Shown: piece by piece, positions 13,301 through 26,438 of the stretch | How the letters are laid out: every line of letters starts with the position of its first letter | Position numbering within the stretch: the stretch's first letter is position 1 | Origin: Neoechinorhynchus agilis | Lineage: Eukaryota > Animalia > Acanthocephala | Length of the DNA: 64,000 nt | NCBI GenBank assembly: GCA_051530055.1 | Contig: CM121342.1 | Span: forward strand, 4,959,489 to 5,023,488 | Direction: 5' to 3' | The notes under the pieces: generated by a model | Seen by the model: the letters and a program-made list of their open reading frames with translations, nothing else | The model's database searches: none | What the model was told of the DNA's origin: nothing | Position numbers and translations under genes: made by a program

Positions 13301-15163
13301 CTTCGTAGCACAAGAAATGATTTTTGGAGGATGATCTGGCAAGAAAAGAGTCCTGCTATCGTAATGCTTACCAAATGCGAGGAGCGAAATCGCCACAAAT
13401 GTGACCAGTATTGGCCTCAACGAAAATCGCAAGTGGATACCTACGGTGATATCCAAGTTCAACTCGTTGAATCTCAAGATTTTTCTTCATTTTCTCTGAG
13501 ATGTTTGAAATTGATTCGTAATGACGAGAATCCACATACGGTTCTTCATTTTCAATTTACTGCTTGGCCGGATCATGGCGTTCCTCCTCAATGTACAACT
13601 TTTCTTATGTTCTGTCAAAGGGTCCGACAGTTAACTGGAGGAATCGTATCTGCACCTCTCGTCGTCCATTGCAGTGCAGGAGTTGGGAGAACTGGTTGTT
13701 TTATCGTAGTTCATAATCTGATGCTAAAACTCGAATGTGACATCAATACATTTGTATCGCCCATCATTATTGATATTTGTGCTTATGTTACAAAAATTAG
13801 AGGGCAAAGGAATTATATGGTCCAAACTGATCAACAATATGCTTTTATATACGATTCGATTTCCGAACTTGTTCAATATGGAGGCCAAATGAACCAATGT
13901 GTTGAAGCGAAGGATATGTTCGCCTATGTTCATTCCCTTATTGACAATACGTCGCAATCGATTGTCCACGAACACTTAAACAATCATTCCATCAGTCACA
14001 TGGAGTTGGAATTCAAACGACTGGCTTGCGACAAAGCATCACCTGAAAAGGTTTTCACCGCTACGCTCGAATCAAATCGCTTTAAAAATCGCCTGGTCAA
14101 TATTTTACCATTCGAATGGAACCGATTTGTGTTAAATCCACCTATTCGCATTGTTAGCAATCTTACGGGTCTTGCCGAGACTTCGGATTATATCAATGCT
14201 AGTCTAATCGATGTGAGTACTTTTGTTTATGATTTTATCTTGGTTTTTTTGGTATCGCAAATGTTACCTTTTCTTTTAACTTCCCTATTCGGCAACTAGT
14301 TTCTTCATAAGCTTAACTCGGTTCAATTTCTTAACATTATCTGTTCATCTCGATCCTAAATGCGCGTTTAAGAGAACTATTTTTGTTTGTGAAGATTGTG
14401 CTTCTAAAATTTCAGAACCTTAACCAACAGTTTTACGATTTAGAGTTATGAGCGAAAGCATGCATACATCGCCGCTCAGGGTCCTCTAACGAACACGATT
14501 ACGGAATTCTGGATGATGATTTGGCAGTCAGAGTGTTCGATTGTAGTTATGCTTACGAAACTCGTGGAAATGGGAAAGGTAAGACGGTTTTTTAGGTTTA
14601 CGCGAATAGCTTTTCTTTTAACACAAAACTCTAGGAACGTTGCGCTCAATATTGGCCACAACAGGGATTCGCTGAATTTTCTCATCTAAGGATAGACAGT
14701 ATTGCTCATTACAAGTTGAGAGATTACACAGTGAGTGAGTTCAAATTGACTCACATACCTGAAGGAAAGACGCGAACAATACGTCAATTTCGATACGAGA
14801 AATGGCCGGATCAGGGCGTTCCTGGCGATGTGACTGCATTCCTTGACTTCATAGGCCAAATTCATCAAACTAAAAAGCAATTCGGTCTTGACAATGACCC
14901 GATTGTCGCTCATTGCAGGTACGTTTATGTTTTCCTCCTTTTCCCTAAGAATTCCTTGTAGTGCCGGCGTGGCCCAAACCGGAATATTTATCGCGATCAG
15001 TATCTGTATCGAGCGATTAAAACTAGAGAATGTTGTAGATGTTTTTATGGCCGTTCGGATGTTAAGGAGTCAGCGTGTTGCCATGGTTCAGACCGAAGAC
15101 CAATATCAATTTTGCTATAGGGCAGTCTTACAGTACGTCGGATGTATTCTAGGAGATACATGA
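4302..15163 (+). CDS. Lar: LAR-family (type IIa) receptor protein tyrosine phosphatase: signal peptide, 3 Ig, several FN3, TM, D1 and D2 PTP domains
   Basis: Signal exon [15 protein letters not shown] (4302-4353) splices in phase 1 to 4401. Ig exons lie at ~4401-6108 and FN3 exons at ~6490-7443, 9601-9981, 10321-10709 and from 10961. TM is [22 protein letters not shown]1 has [31 protein letters not shown]; D2 has [26 protein letters not shown]. Some exon edges and the last exon are uncertain. Confidence 0.85.
5425..5534. repeat. Palindrome (44-bp arms, 22-bp spacer) in a Lar intron
   Basis: GCGATTCACACCCAGAGAATCCGTTTTATTTTGTAAGATTTCGA ... TCGAAATATTACAAAATAAAACTGATTCTCGCGGTGTGAATCGC. Confidence 0.85.
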
Positions 15164-16364
15164 TCAATAATACTATTAAAATGTTAATTGTGCCCTTGAT
15201 TTCAATAATGTATAAATTATCATCATCATCATTGAACCTTTTTTGTTTCGGTCTAATGCGAACTTTGTGTGTGTGTTTAATTGTGAACGATCACACAAAA
15301 CAATGAACTTTTGTTTTCTCTACTCTCTCTGTGTGTCTCTGTAGACGATCGACCTTTAGAAGAAAACAAATTTTAGTTCAACCCAAGAGTTTTCGTCAAA
15401 CGCATGAACGTCTTGTCATCATGAACAAATGATTTTATGGAAAAGAGCAAAACACAGAAGTTCATTGGAGTTTTTGAGTAGCGCATGTTCCAAAACGATT
15501 TCTATCGACGAATTTCCCACGAGAATCCCTCAAAGAACTTCGATTTTTTAACGCACTGTATTGTTGCTTTAAACCGAGAAAAAAGTCTAAAAAAGATCCA
15601 TTAAGAACCTCTTTTACTACGAAGCTTTTAGTCACTGTCGGGGCACAAATTAGTTCCCATTTTAAATTTTTAAAAGCTTCTTTTAAAGCATCCAATCACA
15701 CATAATCTCATATCGACCTTCCTGTTTTGCATCCCAAAATCGCGCGCGCGCGTGATATTTTTCCTAAATATCGAGTAAATTGTCTTTGAAATAGCGGAGG
15801 CCATTTCGTTGCTCGCGTCCGTGTCCATACTCTCCCCGTGGCAAAATTAAATCATCCGAGTACAATTTCCGACTTAATTTCCTAAAAGGATCCTCCATTT
15901 AATCACATATTCAGTCCACCACCCATTTTGCGGCACTTTTGTCGTACTTATCTCTCTTCTTCGCCTTTTTTCGTCTATGTGACATACTACGATCTTCTGT
16001 CTCAGCTACAACAACCGAGAAAAGCTTCCTCTCTCTTTTCCATGTGGAGTGCACCAACTCCACACGTCACCTTAAAGAAAAAGGAGGAGGAATAACATTG
16101 AATACCGAAAATAATCGCAAGTATCAGTAACCTTCAATTTTGAAATATAACCTTTTACAAGCACTCAAATCAATCTGGATTTTTCCGACGACAAAAACTC
16201 CCTTTTCCCCCAAATCTGAGCGACGAGTCCTTATTATTTGTCTTTTATAGGATTTAACAAGCTCGAAGGATCGCTTTGTGGCCGAGAACGCTGTTTACCT
16301 TCGTACCCTAAACATAATCTCACTCATCATAGACAATCATCATCATCACCATCCAGTAGCTCAA

Positions 16365-18716
16365 ATGGCACCTTCGCAAGTGGCAACGTCGGTCACTATC
16401 ATAAATAGTGGATCGAATCGGACCATTGGAATCAAATCCAACGCTGCTGCTGCTGCTGCTGCCATCACAACAACAACAACCCGTACCGCATTCGACTATG
16501 TCGATCCAACCTACGTTATAACAATGATCATCTACATCCTCATGATTGTGATCACTTCAGTGGGAAACCTTACTGTCATTATAGCAATTGGGCTAGTCAA
16601 GAAACTAAAAACCCCTTCAAACACACTCGTGATGAATTTGGCTCTTAGTGACTTCCTAGTGGGCACTATAGTGATGCCCTTAGCATTGGTCAACGGCGCA
16701 TTCGGAGGTAAATGGATCTTAGGTCCGTATCTTTGCGATTTTTGGACCACCATCGATGTACTCGTCTGTACTGCAAGCATCCTGAATTTCCTAGCCATTT
16801 CAATCGATCGCTATCTAATCATCGCTCATCCATTGACGTACGCTAGAAAACGGACATTCCGTCTTATGCTCACATTCATCGTAGTCGTTTGGATCCTTAG
16901 TCTACTCATATCCACATCACCAATGTTTGGATGGGGACTACCTTCCAGCAATCTTCCTTACTGTATTGTAAATCAATCACTCTCCTATCAAATATTCGCT
17001 ACTTTACTATCGTTCTATGTTCCGCTCAGTCTTGTCATCATCCTTTATGTTCACATTTTCCGTATCGCTGATAAAACAGCCAAGCGAGAACGCGAGAGCC
17101 TCGCTGGAACTTATGAGGCATATTTCGCTATCAACACCGCTGGATCACTTAAAGGAGCCTTGTCATCAAAATGGTCTCGAAAATAAGGGTGAACTATACG
17201 AGTTTTAGAAGTGATAATTCTAAGTGATGTCCTTATCCCAGATTCCATCAATGGCCCCTGTAGTATTTGCCCTTTCTGAATCACTCGCCCCGGTAAACAA
17301 AAAATAGCTTTCAACTTTGTTGTTGTTGCTACAATAACCATCGTTTTTAATACCTTGGCTGAAAATTCTACAGAGCTTGGTTCAACGGCATCAGTTGTCT
17401 CAATGGCCCTGGAACATTTGCTCTTTCTGAATCTATCACTCTCTCTTGTAAACAAAAAAATAGCTTTCAACTTTGTTGTTGTTTTTGTTGCTGAGACGAC
17501 AACAATCTTTTTTTTTAACCGTGGCTATAAATTCTGCAGTGCGTGGTTCAGCGGCATCAATTGTCTCAACGGCCCTACACTGAATCGCTCACACGTTGAT
17601 AAACAAAAAAATAGCTTCCAACTTTGTTGTTGTTTTTGTTGTTGCAGCGACAACAACCATCGTTTTTCAAAACCTTGGCTAAAAATTCTGCAGAGCTTGG
17701 TTCGACGGCATCAATTGTCTCAGCGGCCCTACACTGAATCGCTCACACGTTGATAAACAAAAAAAAATAGCTTCCTACTTTGTTGTTGTTTTTGTTGTTG
17801 CGACGACTACAATCTTTTTTTGTGAACCTCGGCTAAAAATTCTGCAGTGCGTGGTTCGATGGCATCAATTGTCTCAACGGCCCTACACTGAATCTATCAC
17901 TCTCTCTGGTAAACAAAAAATAGCTTCCAACTTTGATGTTGTTTTTGTTGTTGCGGCGACAACAACCATCGTTTTTCAAAACCTTGGCTAAAAATTCTAC
18001 AATGCTTCGTTCGACGGCATCAATTGTCTCAATGGCGCGAGACTAGAAAATATGTTTTTAGATCTATCAAGTAGACATATCGCATTTTTATATTAATTTT
18101 CCTCTTGAGCGTCATAGAACTTGTAGACGAGTGACTTCATGACAAGGTCTGTAAAGTTAGGGGCGATACGATTCATGAGACCGAGGAAGAGGAGACTCAT
18201 TCGCTGGACTATGAGGAAAATGAGCCGTCTCCGCATTCAGGAGAGGATCAGAACGATGTGGAATGTGAGGTGTTGAATGAAGAACCGACACCAAAGGAGC
18301 GTTTATTTTCCATTTTCATTCCGGAAAAGAAACGGAGATCACGAAGGTCAAGAAGCCGCCGTTCAATTGCATCACGATGGCGTAGCACTGGTTATAATCA
18401 AAAAGCGATCATAACACTCGGCGTTGTACTTGGATGCTTTTGCATTTGTTGGTTTCCGTTTTTTATAAATGCTTTGGTGAAACCGGCATACAAGCATTTA
18501 CGAGGTAAAGACATAAGCTCTCCCGTTTGGTTAGATCCTTTTCTTTTGTGGCTTGGATATTTAAGTCCTCTTCTAAATCCCATTATCTACTCGTTCTTTA
18601 ACAAGGAATTCAGGAGACCCTTCAAGGAAGTCCTTTTGTGCCGATGTAAAGGACTGAATACCCGAATGAACAGATATGTTTACTCTAGACAATTCGGAAA
18701 TACACAAAGCATATGA
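16365..18716 (+). CDS. HTR7: Serotonin receptor, 5-HT7-like class A GPCR, with an intron in intracellular loop 3
   Basis: TM1-5 in ORF 16278-17186 (GNLTV, LALSD, CDFWTTIDVLVCTASILN, IDRY, CIVNQSLSYQIFATLLSFYVPL). TM6-7 in 18258-18716 (CWFPFF, WLGY, NPIIY, FRRPFKEVLLCRC). 16365 is the first ATG, but the frame is open from an acceptor at 16250, so an upstream exon is possible. Confidence 0.75.
17293..18036. repeat. Tandem array, ~5 x ~150 bp, inside the 5-HT7-like intron
   Basis: Recurring unit TAAACAAAAAATAGCTT(T/C)CAACTTTGTTGTTG...GGCT(G/A)AAAATTCT...CGGCATCAATTGTCTCAA; the copies are diverged. Confidence 0.85.
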
Positions 18717-19227
18717 AATGTATGGATAACGTGGTGATCGATCGCCGTTCACTTCACAGTTGATTGATACTGCACCGTAAATGAAAGAGAGAGAACAAAA
18801 ACCTTACTTGTGAATTTTATAAAGATAACTGTTTAACCGATTTAACTTTTCAATCCTTAATTATACGATATGAACATACACACACACAAAATCATTCAGT
18901 TTAGCTCAAGAGCATAACGATAAAAATCCTTGTACTGTGCAGTGAAATCAAACTCTACTGGTAATTATGATATGTCAAACCTTTTAGTTATGCTTCCAGT
19001 TCATTTTCGAACAAGTCCCACGGTCTTACAAATCAGTCGGAATATGAACAGCCTCTCCGCTTAGTATTCGAGTTGAACTTTCCAACAACGTTAAGAACAC
19101 AAAAACTCATTGAAACTTCTTACGAGTGTCCCGAATCACAAATCTGAATTGGATTTTGCAATGCCGACAACCTCGCCAAATGAAGTCTTCATGAACAACC
19201 GCTAAGTAGAGAAAATTCGGCGATGTG

Positions 19228-21287
19228 GTTATAATAATCCCCGGATAGAAGATATTTCATTAACTTGACAATATGCCTTATCCGGGGATTATGATCACAA
19301 CTTCTCTGATTCTATTATCCCGAATGATTTTCTCTCGATGACCTAAATGAGATATTTCGAAGGGAAGCTTCTCGACTTTAAAACAATGACGTACAAGGCG
19401 AGACTTTCCCTTCGAAATATCTCATTTAGGTCATCGAGAGAAAATCATTCGGGATAATAGAATCAGAGAAGTTGTGATCATAATCCCCGGATAAGGCATA
19501 TTGTCAAGTTAATGAAATATTTTCTATCCGGAGATTATGATAACAATAACGCGAACTCCATCAAGCGAAGGATTTTCTCTCTCTCTCGGTGGTTTCGATC
19601 AGATATTTCGAAGTGAAAGTTTCGCTTTGTACGTCATTGTTTTAAAGTCGAGAAGCTTCCCTTCGAAATATCTCATTTAAGTCATCGAGAGAAAACCCTT
19701 TGGTATGATGGAGTTCGCGTTGTGGTTCTCATAATCCCCGGGTAAAGTATTTTATCATTGAAATTAAATATTTTCTATCCGGGGTTATGATAACCACAAC
19801 GCGAACTCTATCATACCAAAGGATTTTCTCTCGGCGATTTCGATCAGATATTTCAAAGGGAAAGTTTCGCTTTGTACGTCATTGTTTTAAAGTCGAGAAG
19901 CTTCCCTTCGAAATATCTCATTTAAGTCATCGAGAGAAAACCCTTTGGTATGATGGAGTTCGCGTTGTGGTTCTCATAATCCCCGGGTAAAGTATTTTAT
20001 CATTGAAATTAAATATTTTCTATCCGGGGTTATGATAACCACAACGCGAACTCTATAATACCAAAGGATTTTCTCTCGGCGATTTCGATCAGATATTTCA
20101 AAGGAAAGTTTCGCTTTGTACGTCATTGTTTTAAAGTCGAGAAGCTTCCTTCGAAATATCTCATTTAAGTCATCGAGAGAAAACCCTTTGGTATGATGGA
20201 GTTCGCGTTGTGGTTCTCATAATCCCCGGGTAAAGTATTTTATCATTGAAATTAAATATTTTCTATCCGGGGTTATGATAACCACAACGCGAACTCTATC
20301 ATACCAAAGGATTTTCTCTCGGTGGTTTGATGGTATATTTCGAAGGGAAGCTTGTCGACTTTAAAACAATGACGTACAAAGCGAAACTTTCCCTTCGGAA
20401 TATCTGATCGAAATCATCGAGAGAAAACCCTTTGGTATGATAGAGTTCGCGTTGTGGTTCTCATAATCCCAGGATAGAAAATATTTAATTTCAATGATAA
20501 AATACTTTACCCGGGGATTATGAGAACCACAACGCGAACTCTATTATCCCGAATGATTTTCTCTCGATGAATTAAATGATATATTTCGAAGGGAAGCTTC
20601 TCGACTTTAAAACAATGACGTACAAAGCGAAACTTTCCCTTCGGAATATCTGATCGAAATCATCGAGAGAAAACCCTTTGGTATGATGGAGTTCGCGTTG
20701 TGGTTATCATAATCCCAGGATAGAAAATATTTAATTTCAATGATAAAATACTTTACCCGGGGATTATGAGAACCACAACGCGAACTCCATCATACCAAAG
20801 GGTTTTCTCTCGATGAATTAAATGATATATTTCGAAGGGAAGCTTCTCGACTTTAAAACAATGACGTACAAGGCGAGACTTTCCCTTCGAAATATCTGAT
20901 CGAAATCATCGAGAGAAAACCCTTTGGTATGATGGAGTTCGCGTTGTGGTTCTCATAATCCCAGGATAGAAAATATTTAATTTCAATGATAAAATACTTT
21001 ACCCGGGGATTATGAGAACCACAACGCGAACTCTATTATCCCGAATGATTTTCTCTCGATGAATTAAATGAGATATTTCGAAGGGAAGCTTCTCGACTTT
21101 AAAACAATGACGTACAAGGCGAGACTTTCCCTTCGAAATATCTCATTTAAGTCATCGAGAGAAAACCCTTTGGTTTGAAAGAGTTCGCGTTATGGTTCTC
21201 ATAATCCCCGGGTTAAGTATTTTATCACTGAAATTAAATATTTTCTATCCGGGGATTATGATAACCACAAAGCGAACTCTATCAAAC
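19228..21287. repeat. Array of ~246-bp palindromic units (80-bp arm / loop P / inverted arm / loop Q) with loops in both orientations
   Basis: Loop P (GGGAAGCTTCTCGACTTTAAAACAATGACGTACAA.GCGA.ACTTTCCC) is forward at ~19362, 20345, 20591, 20837 and 21083, and reversed at ~19615, 19860 and 20103. Arms alternate in orientation. Confidence 0.9.
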
Positions 21288-22141
21288 CGAAGACGTTTGC
21301 TGTCAAAATTCTGCGAAGAAAGAATTTATGAAGATCGACGATTGACTTCAAGAAACACTCGTCATTTTTGCCGAGATTTGGGCGATCTAAATTATCGATT
21401 AAAAACGGTTCGGAATGAACGAGATAAAAGCACGGCATATAGAATTCGGGCTATTTTGGCAATCCAAAATTTCTTGAGATTCTTCCGTGCTATTTCGTCA
21501 TGAGTGCAATGATCGATGAAAACGTCATTGTGGCCGTTTTCCCATTAATTCCAAACTAAAGAATCGCACTTGTTTTCCTTCACATTTTTCAAGAGGATTC
21601 TAAAGTTTAATGAGTTTGCAGGCAGCGTTCAAATCATTTAGGAATTATAGAATTTTTTAAGAATCCTTCGTTGGGATTCTAGTGGATAGCTGAACGTTTT
21701 GTGTACTTTAATTTCACAATGGACAAAGCGACGAAGTATTAGAAAAAAGGTTTATTATTTAAAGTTCACATCGGTTTAGAACCTAAAAAGTTACCGTATA
21801 GGAACTTTTTTTTCTCCATTTTAATAGTTATTTTTGAAGATTAAACATTTCAAATTGGGGTTGTTTTATATGGCGTCGAGGGATTTGAAACGATGATTTT
21901 TATAATTTTGGTGAAAATACTGCCCCGGTAACAGATTATTTGATTTATTTTGGGAAATATTTCGCGAGGAGGTAGCCTCGCTTTATCAGTCATGTCCACG
22001 GGATCGCCAAGCCCGAAGTTCGCCGCTAGAACTCACTGATTTTAGCATTGATTTTTAACGCGTCGGCGGCTGAAAGTTTCAAGCTAAAATTAGCTTTATT
22101 TCCTTCCATTTTGTTGGACACAGCGATGTGTAAGGCCTAGA

Positions 22142-22575
22142 AAAACAAGACGTCTTTTTAAGTGCCACCAAAATCCACTCGAAGATTTAAAGGTCTTTTG
22201 ATGATTGGAAATTGCCGATTGTTTTCCGAAAACAAGACGTCTTTTTAAGTGCCACCAAAACCCACTCGAAGATTTAAAGGTCTTTTGATGATTGGAAATT
22301 GCCGATTGTTTTCCGAAAACAAGGCGTCTTTTTAAGTGCCACCAAAATCCACTCGAAGATTTAAAGGTCTTTTGATGATTGGAAATTGCCGATTGTTTTC
22401 TGAAAACAAGACGTCTTTTTAAGTGCCACCAAAATCCACTCGAAGATTTAAAGGTCTTTTGATGATTGGAAATTGCCGATTGTTTTCCGAAAACAAGACG
22501 TCTTTTTAAGTGCCACCAAAATCCACTCGAAGATTTAAAGGTCTTTTGATGATTGGAAATTGCCGATTGTTTTCG
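22142..22575. repeat. Tandem array, 5 x 87 bp
   Basis: Near-identical unit AAAACAAGACGTCTTTTTAAGTGCCACCAAAATCCACTCGAAGATTTAAAGGTCTTTTGATGATTGGAAATTGCCGATTGTTTTCCG. Confidence 0.95.
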
Positions 22576-23177
22576 GGGAGGCACACAATCTTATACTCCT
22601 TTTTCTATCGAGATTGTTGCTTGTAAGTTTCTAAATATGACAAGCAACCTCGATCAAAAAACCCGTATAAGATTGTGCCGAAAACAATCGGCAATTTTAA
22701 AAATGAAATCATTTCAAATTTCTTTGATAGTTTTACACCAGTTCCTGTGGCCCTGATTATGGAAGCTATCGAAATTAGACGTTTAATTTGGATACACAGT
22801 CGACATCGACTACAATTTATCATTATAAAAAATAGTGCTACTCATTTTGATGGATTCTAGCCTATAAACAATCATGGAACTCGGATTCTGGCGCATTTAA
22901 CGTCCTGGAAAACGTGGAAATTATTCAATCCCGGGGGAAACTAAAAAAAGAAGGTATCCTTTTCCATCAAGATGTAATAATCATAATCCCTCCGGATAAA
23001 ACATATTCTATCAATTTTGGATTTATTAAGTATCGGCTTTGTAGTTTTCCTTATTTGTATCAGAAACCGATGAAGGGATTTAATAAATCTAAAATTGATA
23101 GAACCAACTTTCGAGTTTTAAGAATATTTTATTACTTTGAGAATTACATTCGGAGTAATCTAATTTTGGTCTTCGTT

Positions 23178-23323
23178 GAGCTGTCATAAACCCGAGAATT
23201 AAACATTAAGTATTTAATTAAATATTTCGGAACCTGAGTTCCCTCTTTAGTAAAATAATTTTTTGAGTGTCCGAAATATTTAATTAAATACTTAATGTTT
23301 AATTCTCGGAGTTATGACAGCTC
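23178..23323. repeat. Palindrome with ~54-bp arms (MITE-like)
   Basis: GAGCTGTCATAAACCCGAGAATTAAACATTAAGTATTTAATTAAATATTTCGGA ... TCCGAAATATTTAATTAAATACTTAATGTTTAATTCTCGGAGTTATGACAGCTC. Confidence 0.9.
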
Positions 23324-23824
23324 ACCGAATTGAGATTTTTCTACAAAGAAAGCCTCAACTTTTTTTCTGGTTTCTTAAGATTAGGACGAAAATGAAATTT
23401 GGGTTTATTTACCCGAAGAATTGTTTAAGAGGAATTTTTGTAGAAGCAATCGATGAAGCATAGTATCGATTGTTTAAAGCGGGTTTTTTTTCAGAAGCAT
23501 TGAAAACTAGGCTTAATTGCGTTTGCACCAAAATGGTCGTGGCACTTTGGGGCATTAAGTTCACCAATAATTTATTTCCACTACTTCGTAACTTTCAAAC
23601 AATGACAAACCGTGTTGGAAATGTGGGAATTATCGGACGAGTGAAATATCGGTTCGAGTTAAGACAAAATCACCAAAGTATCTTTTCCCCTAGAGAAAAA
23701 TGTTTTTTTTGTTGCGAACCTAACTATGTAGTTAGATAAGTTTCAAAACTGATTTTGGCATCCACAATGGCTAGGTTTATAATGTTTAGAAGCTTGATTT
23801 TTACGCTTTCGATGATATTATAAG

Positions 23825-26438
23825 ATGAGTCGTGGCTGTGAGGACGAATCACTGTTGTGTTCAATGAGCGATGACAATTGGTCATCTGATAAATATAGCG
23901 AAGAAGTTCCATCTAAGATATCGACGATGAAAAGTGTTCGATCCTTTTACAGTACTGATGAATACTTACTCGTAATGGTGGAAGATTTGACCGAATGGAT
24001 GAAATCCATGTACAAAGATTTCCGAGTAACTCCGGACACCTTTATGGATGCCATAGCAAACGGCGTTGTTCTCTGTATACACGCTAACAACATTCTGAAA
24101 GCCCAACGAGATGACTTTCTTGCTCACTCATGTGAATCGTCCACGGAGTATCCGACGCCAATTACCTATAAAAAGAATGCACTTCCAAACACATTCGCGG
24201 CTCGTGACAATGTCTCTAACTTCATTGAGTTCGCTCGAACAATTGTTCATGTACGTGAGTGTCTCATGTTCGAATCTGACGATCTTATATTGAGAAAAAA
24301 TGTGAAGAATGTTGTGCTGTGTTTATTGGAAGTGGCCCGATATGGCGCAATGTTTGGGATGAATGTTCCCACGCTCATTCAACTCGAGGATGACATTGCA
24401 CGACAAATTCGTACTGAAAGCGGTCATTTCAGCAGTTTTAACGAGCTGAAAAGGCAGCACGTGAACAAATGCTCCAGAAGTAGTGCTACCAAATCAATAA
24501 CGAGTTCAATTGGTACTGATAAATCCACAAAAACCTTTTTGTCCAAAGCCGTCGGGTGTGTACTTGCACCAAATTATGGTTTAACTCAACACGAAACCAA
24601 AAACCAATACAATTCTTCGAACAAGAGTAATTTTGAAACGCTGCGGAACATTGACGAGGTTTCCAAGTTGCATCAACAGGTCGGTACATTCATAAAAGTT
24701 TGGGCATTTCTTTGAGGCACCCCTTTTCCGATTGGAGGTTTGTCTTCGACGGTACTGTGAATTTAAATCCTGGATTTGAGGTGGTAAAGTGGCACATTTC
24801 TCCATTTCATCTTTTTTTAGCTTCTTTTCCAATAAAAGTTCTCTTTTTTCAGGTGAGTGAGATAGTGAATCAAATGGGACTCAGTGATTACGTTCTTCGG
24901 CTATCGGAGGGCAAGTATTCCTTAAGGATTCCTATAAAGGACGAAGGATTCGGTTCAATCATCTACATAAGAGTAAGCGTTTAAAAACGCGATTGGTTTT
25001 TTAGATCATCGTTTTAGTTGTTAAGAGACCATGTGATGGTGAATACGGGAGTTGATCAGTGGGACACTCTTCAGAATTATCTTGAGAAAGTCCTTTGTCG
25101 TGTGAATCGAGCAAAAAGTGGAGCAGCTGATTTAAGAAGCACTGATGTTTCGACTGCAGGTAAATTCTGGGTGTGTGTGCGACAGCATGGCATTATGGGA
25201 ACCCTCTGAGGTAACTCCTCCAGCTAAGCTACTCTCGTTATTGTTGTGCGCATTTCGTGTGGTGGTGGCAGCTTCTGTCTTTACAAGCTCTAGACTTCTC
25301 GCGTTAATAATGCCACCCGATGGTCTAATGCTTCTCCTGGTTACTTTCATTGTAATTGCTTTTTATTTTATCAAGTCGTTCATGGATCACAATGGTCGAG
25401 GTAAGGGCGTGTTCCTAGTTGTAAAAAAAGAAGGTTGAACAAAAGAATGTCTCGTTTTTCACGCCTTTCTCGTTAGGTTTGACGGAGGCGGCGGCGGCGG
25501 ATCTGAACAATGTTTCTGTGGTGAGTGACAATGAAAGTTTCACGACCGTACCGAGTGAAGGTCGCGACTCGTTGTGCGACAGTGCAGCGGGTTCAGGATC
25601 ACTGGATGGATCTAAAAGTGCTGAATGTGACCAATTGATCGATTCGATCGAACAGTCAAGTCGTATAAGTTCCAGCGATCAAAGCGTCGATAGTCTCAAA
25701 TCGTCCACTTCTGCTGCTGATCACCACCTCCAACAGCAGCAACGGCATGTTCGACCGAGCGCCTTTCAAGCAACGGGCCACGAAGAAGGGCAGCGATCTG
25801 CCGCAGCGATCGCTCAACTGGACTCTAGAATGGTAAGCGGAATTCCAGTTCCCCGAAGACTTATTCTGAAATATCGTGGATCCCGTACAATGCCAACAAT
25901 CATGAACACCACTAACACCACTCAAACCAATGGGCAACATTTGCGCGCAATTTCCCGAATCCCGCGTCTAACAAGTCCACGCAACGTGGGCGAACTCACG
26001 TCTACTTGCTCCACTCCTTCAAATCGCACTCCTTTGAAATACAAAGGAGCCGCTACTGAACATATCACGATGAGTCCATCGACCATTTCCGACTCCCCCG
26101 TGCCATATAAAGTAAACAAGGCCTATGAATGGAGGAAGAGAGCCCTTTATTTTAGGCATTACATGGAAGAGACGAGAAAGGGAGAGATGTGGACATCTAC
26201 TCGGGATCTGGAGTTCGGTAAAACCCATTTCCATTATTCAGATCTAAAAGGAAGTGAAATAATCTACGGAAATGCGAGTTCAATCGGAAACGCCCTTTCG
26301 TCCTCTTCCGAGGCGGTCACTGGTAGGACCTCCGCTGCCCTCCCAAAGACACCAACCATCAAAAACGATTTGCCCAAAAATCAAGCCAAAGCGACCACGA
26401 ACAGGAGTAACTTCACCATTGCAACTTCCTTTCTCTGA
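23825..26438 (+). CDS. GAS2L: GAS2-like protein (CH domain + GAR domain + low-complexity tail)
   Basis: CH-region motifs SVRSFYSTDEYLLVMVEDLTEWM, FAARDNVSNFI, LMFESDDLILRKNVKNVVLCLLEVAR. GAR exons LSEGKY...IIYIR / LLRDHVMV...WDTLQNYL. Ser/Thr-rich last exon ending at 26438. Internal exon edges are approximate. Confidence 0.85.

Noticed and set aside
15462-15695. Short ORFs between Lar and the GPCR
   Set aside because: No motif or splice support on either strand.
22096-22584. 162-aa repetitive ORF on the minus strand
   Set aside because: It is a by-product of an 87-bp (29-codon) unit lacking stops in one frame; no domain and a non-ATG start.
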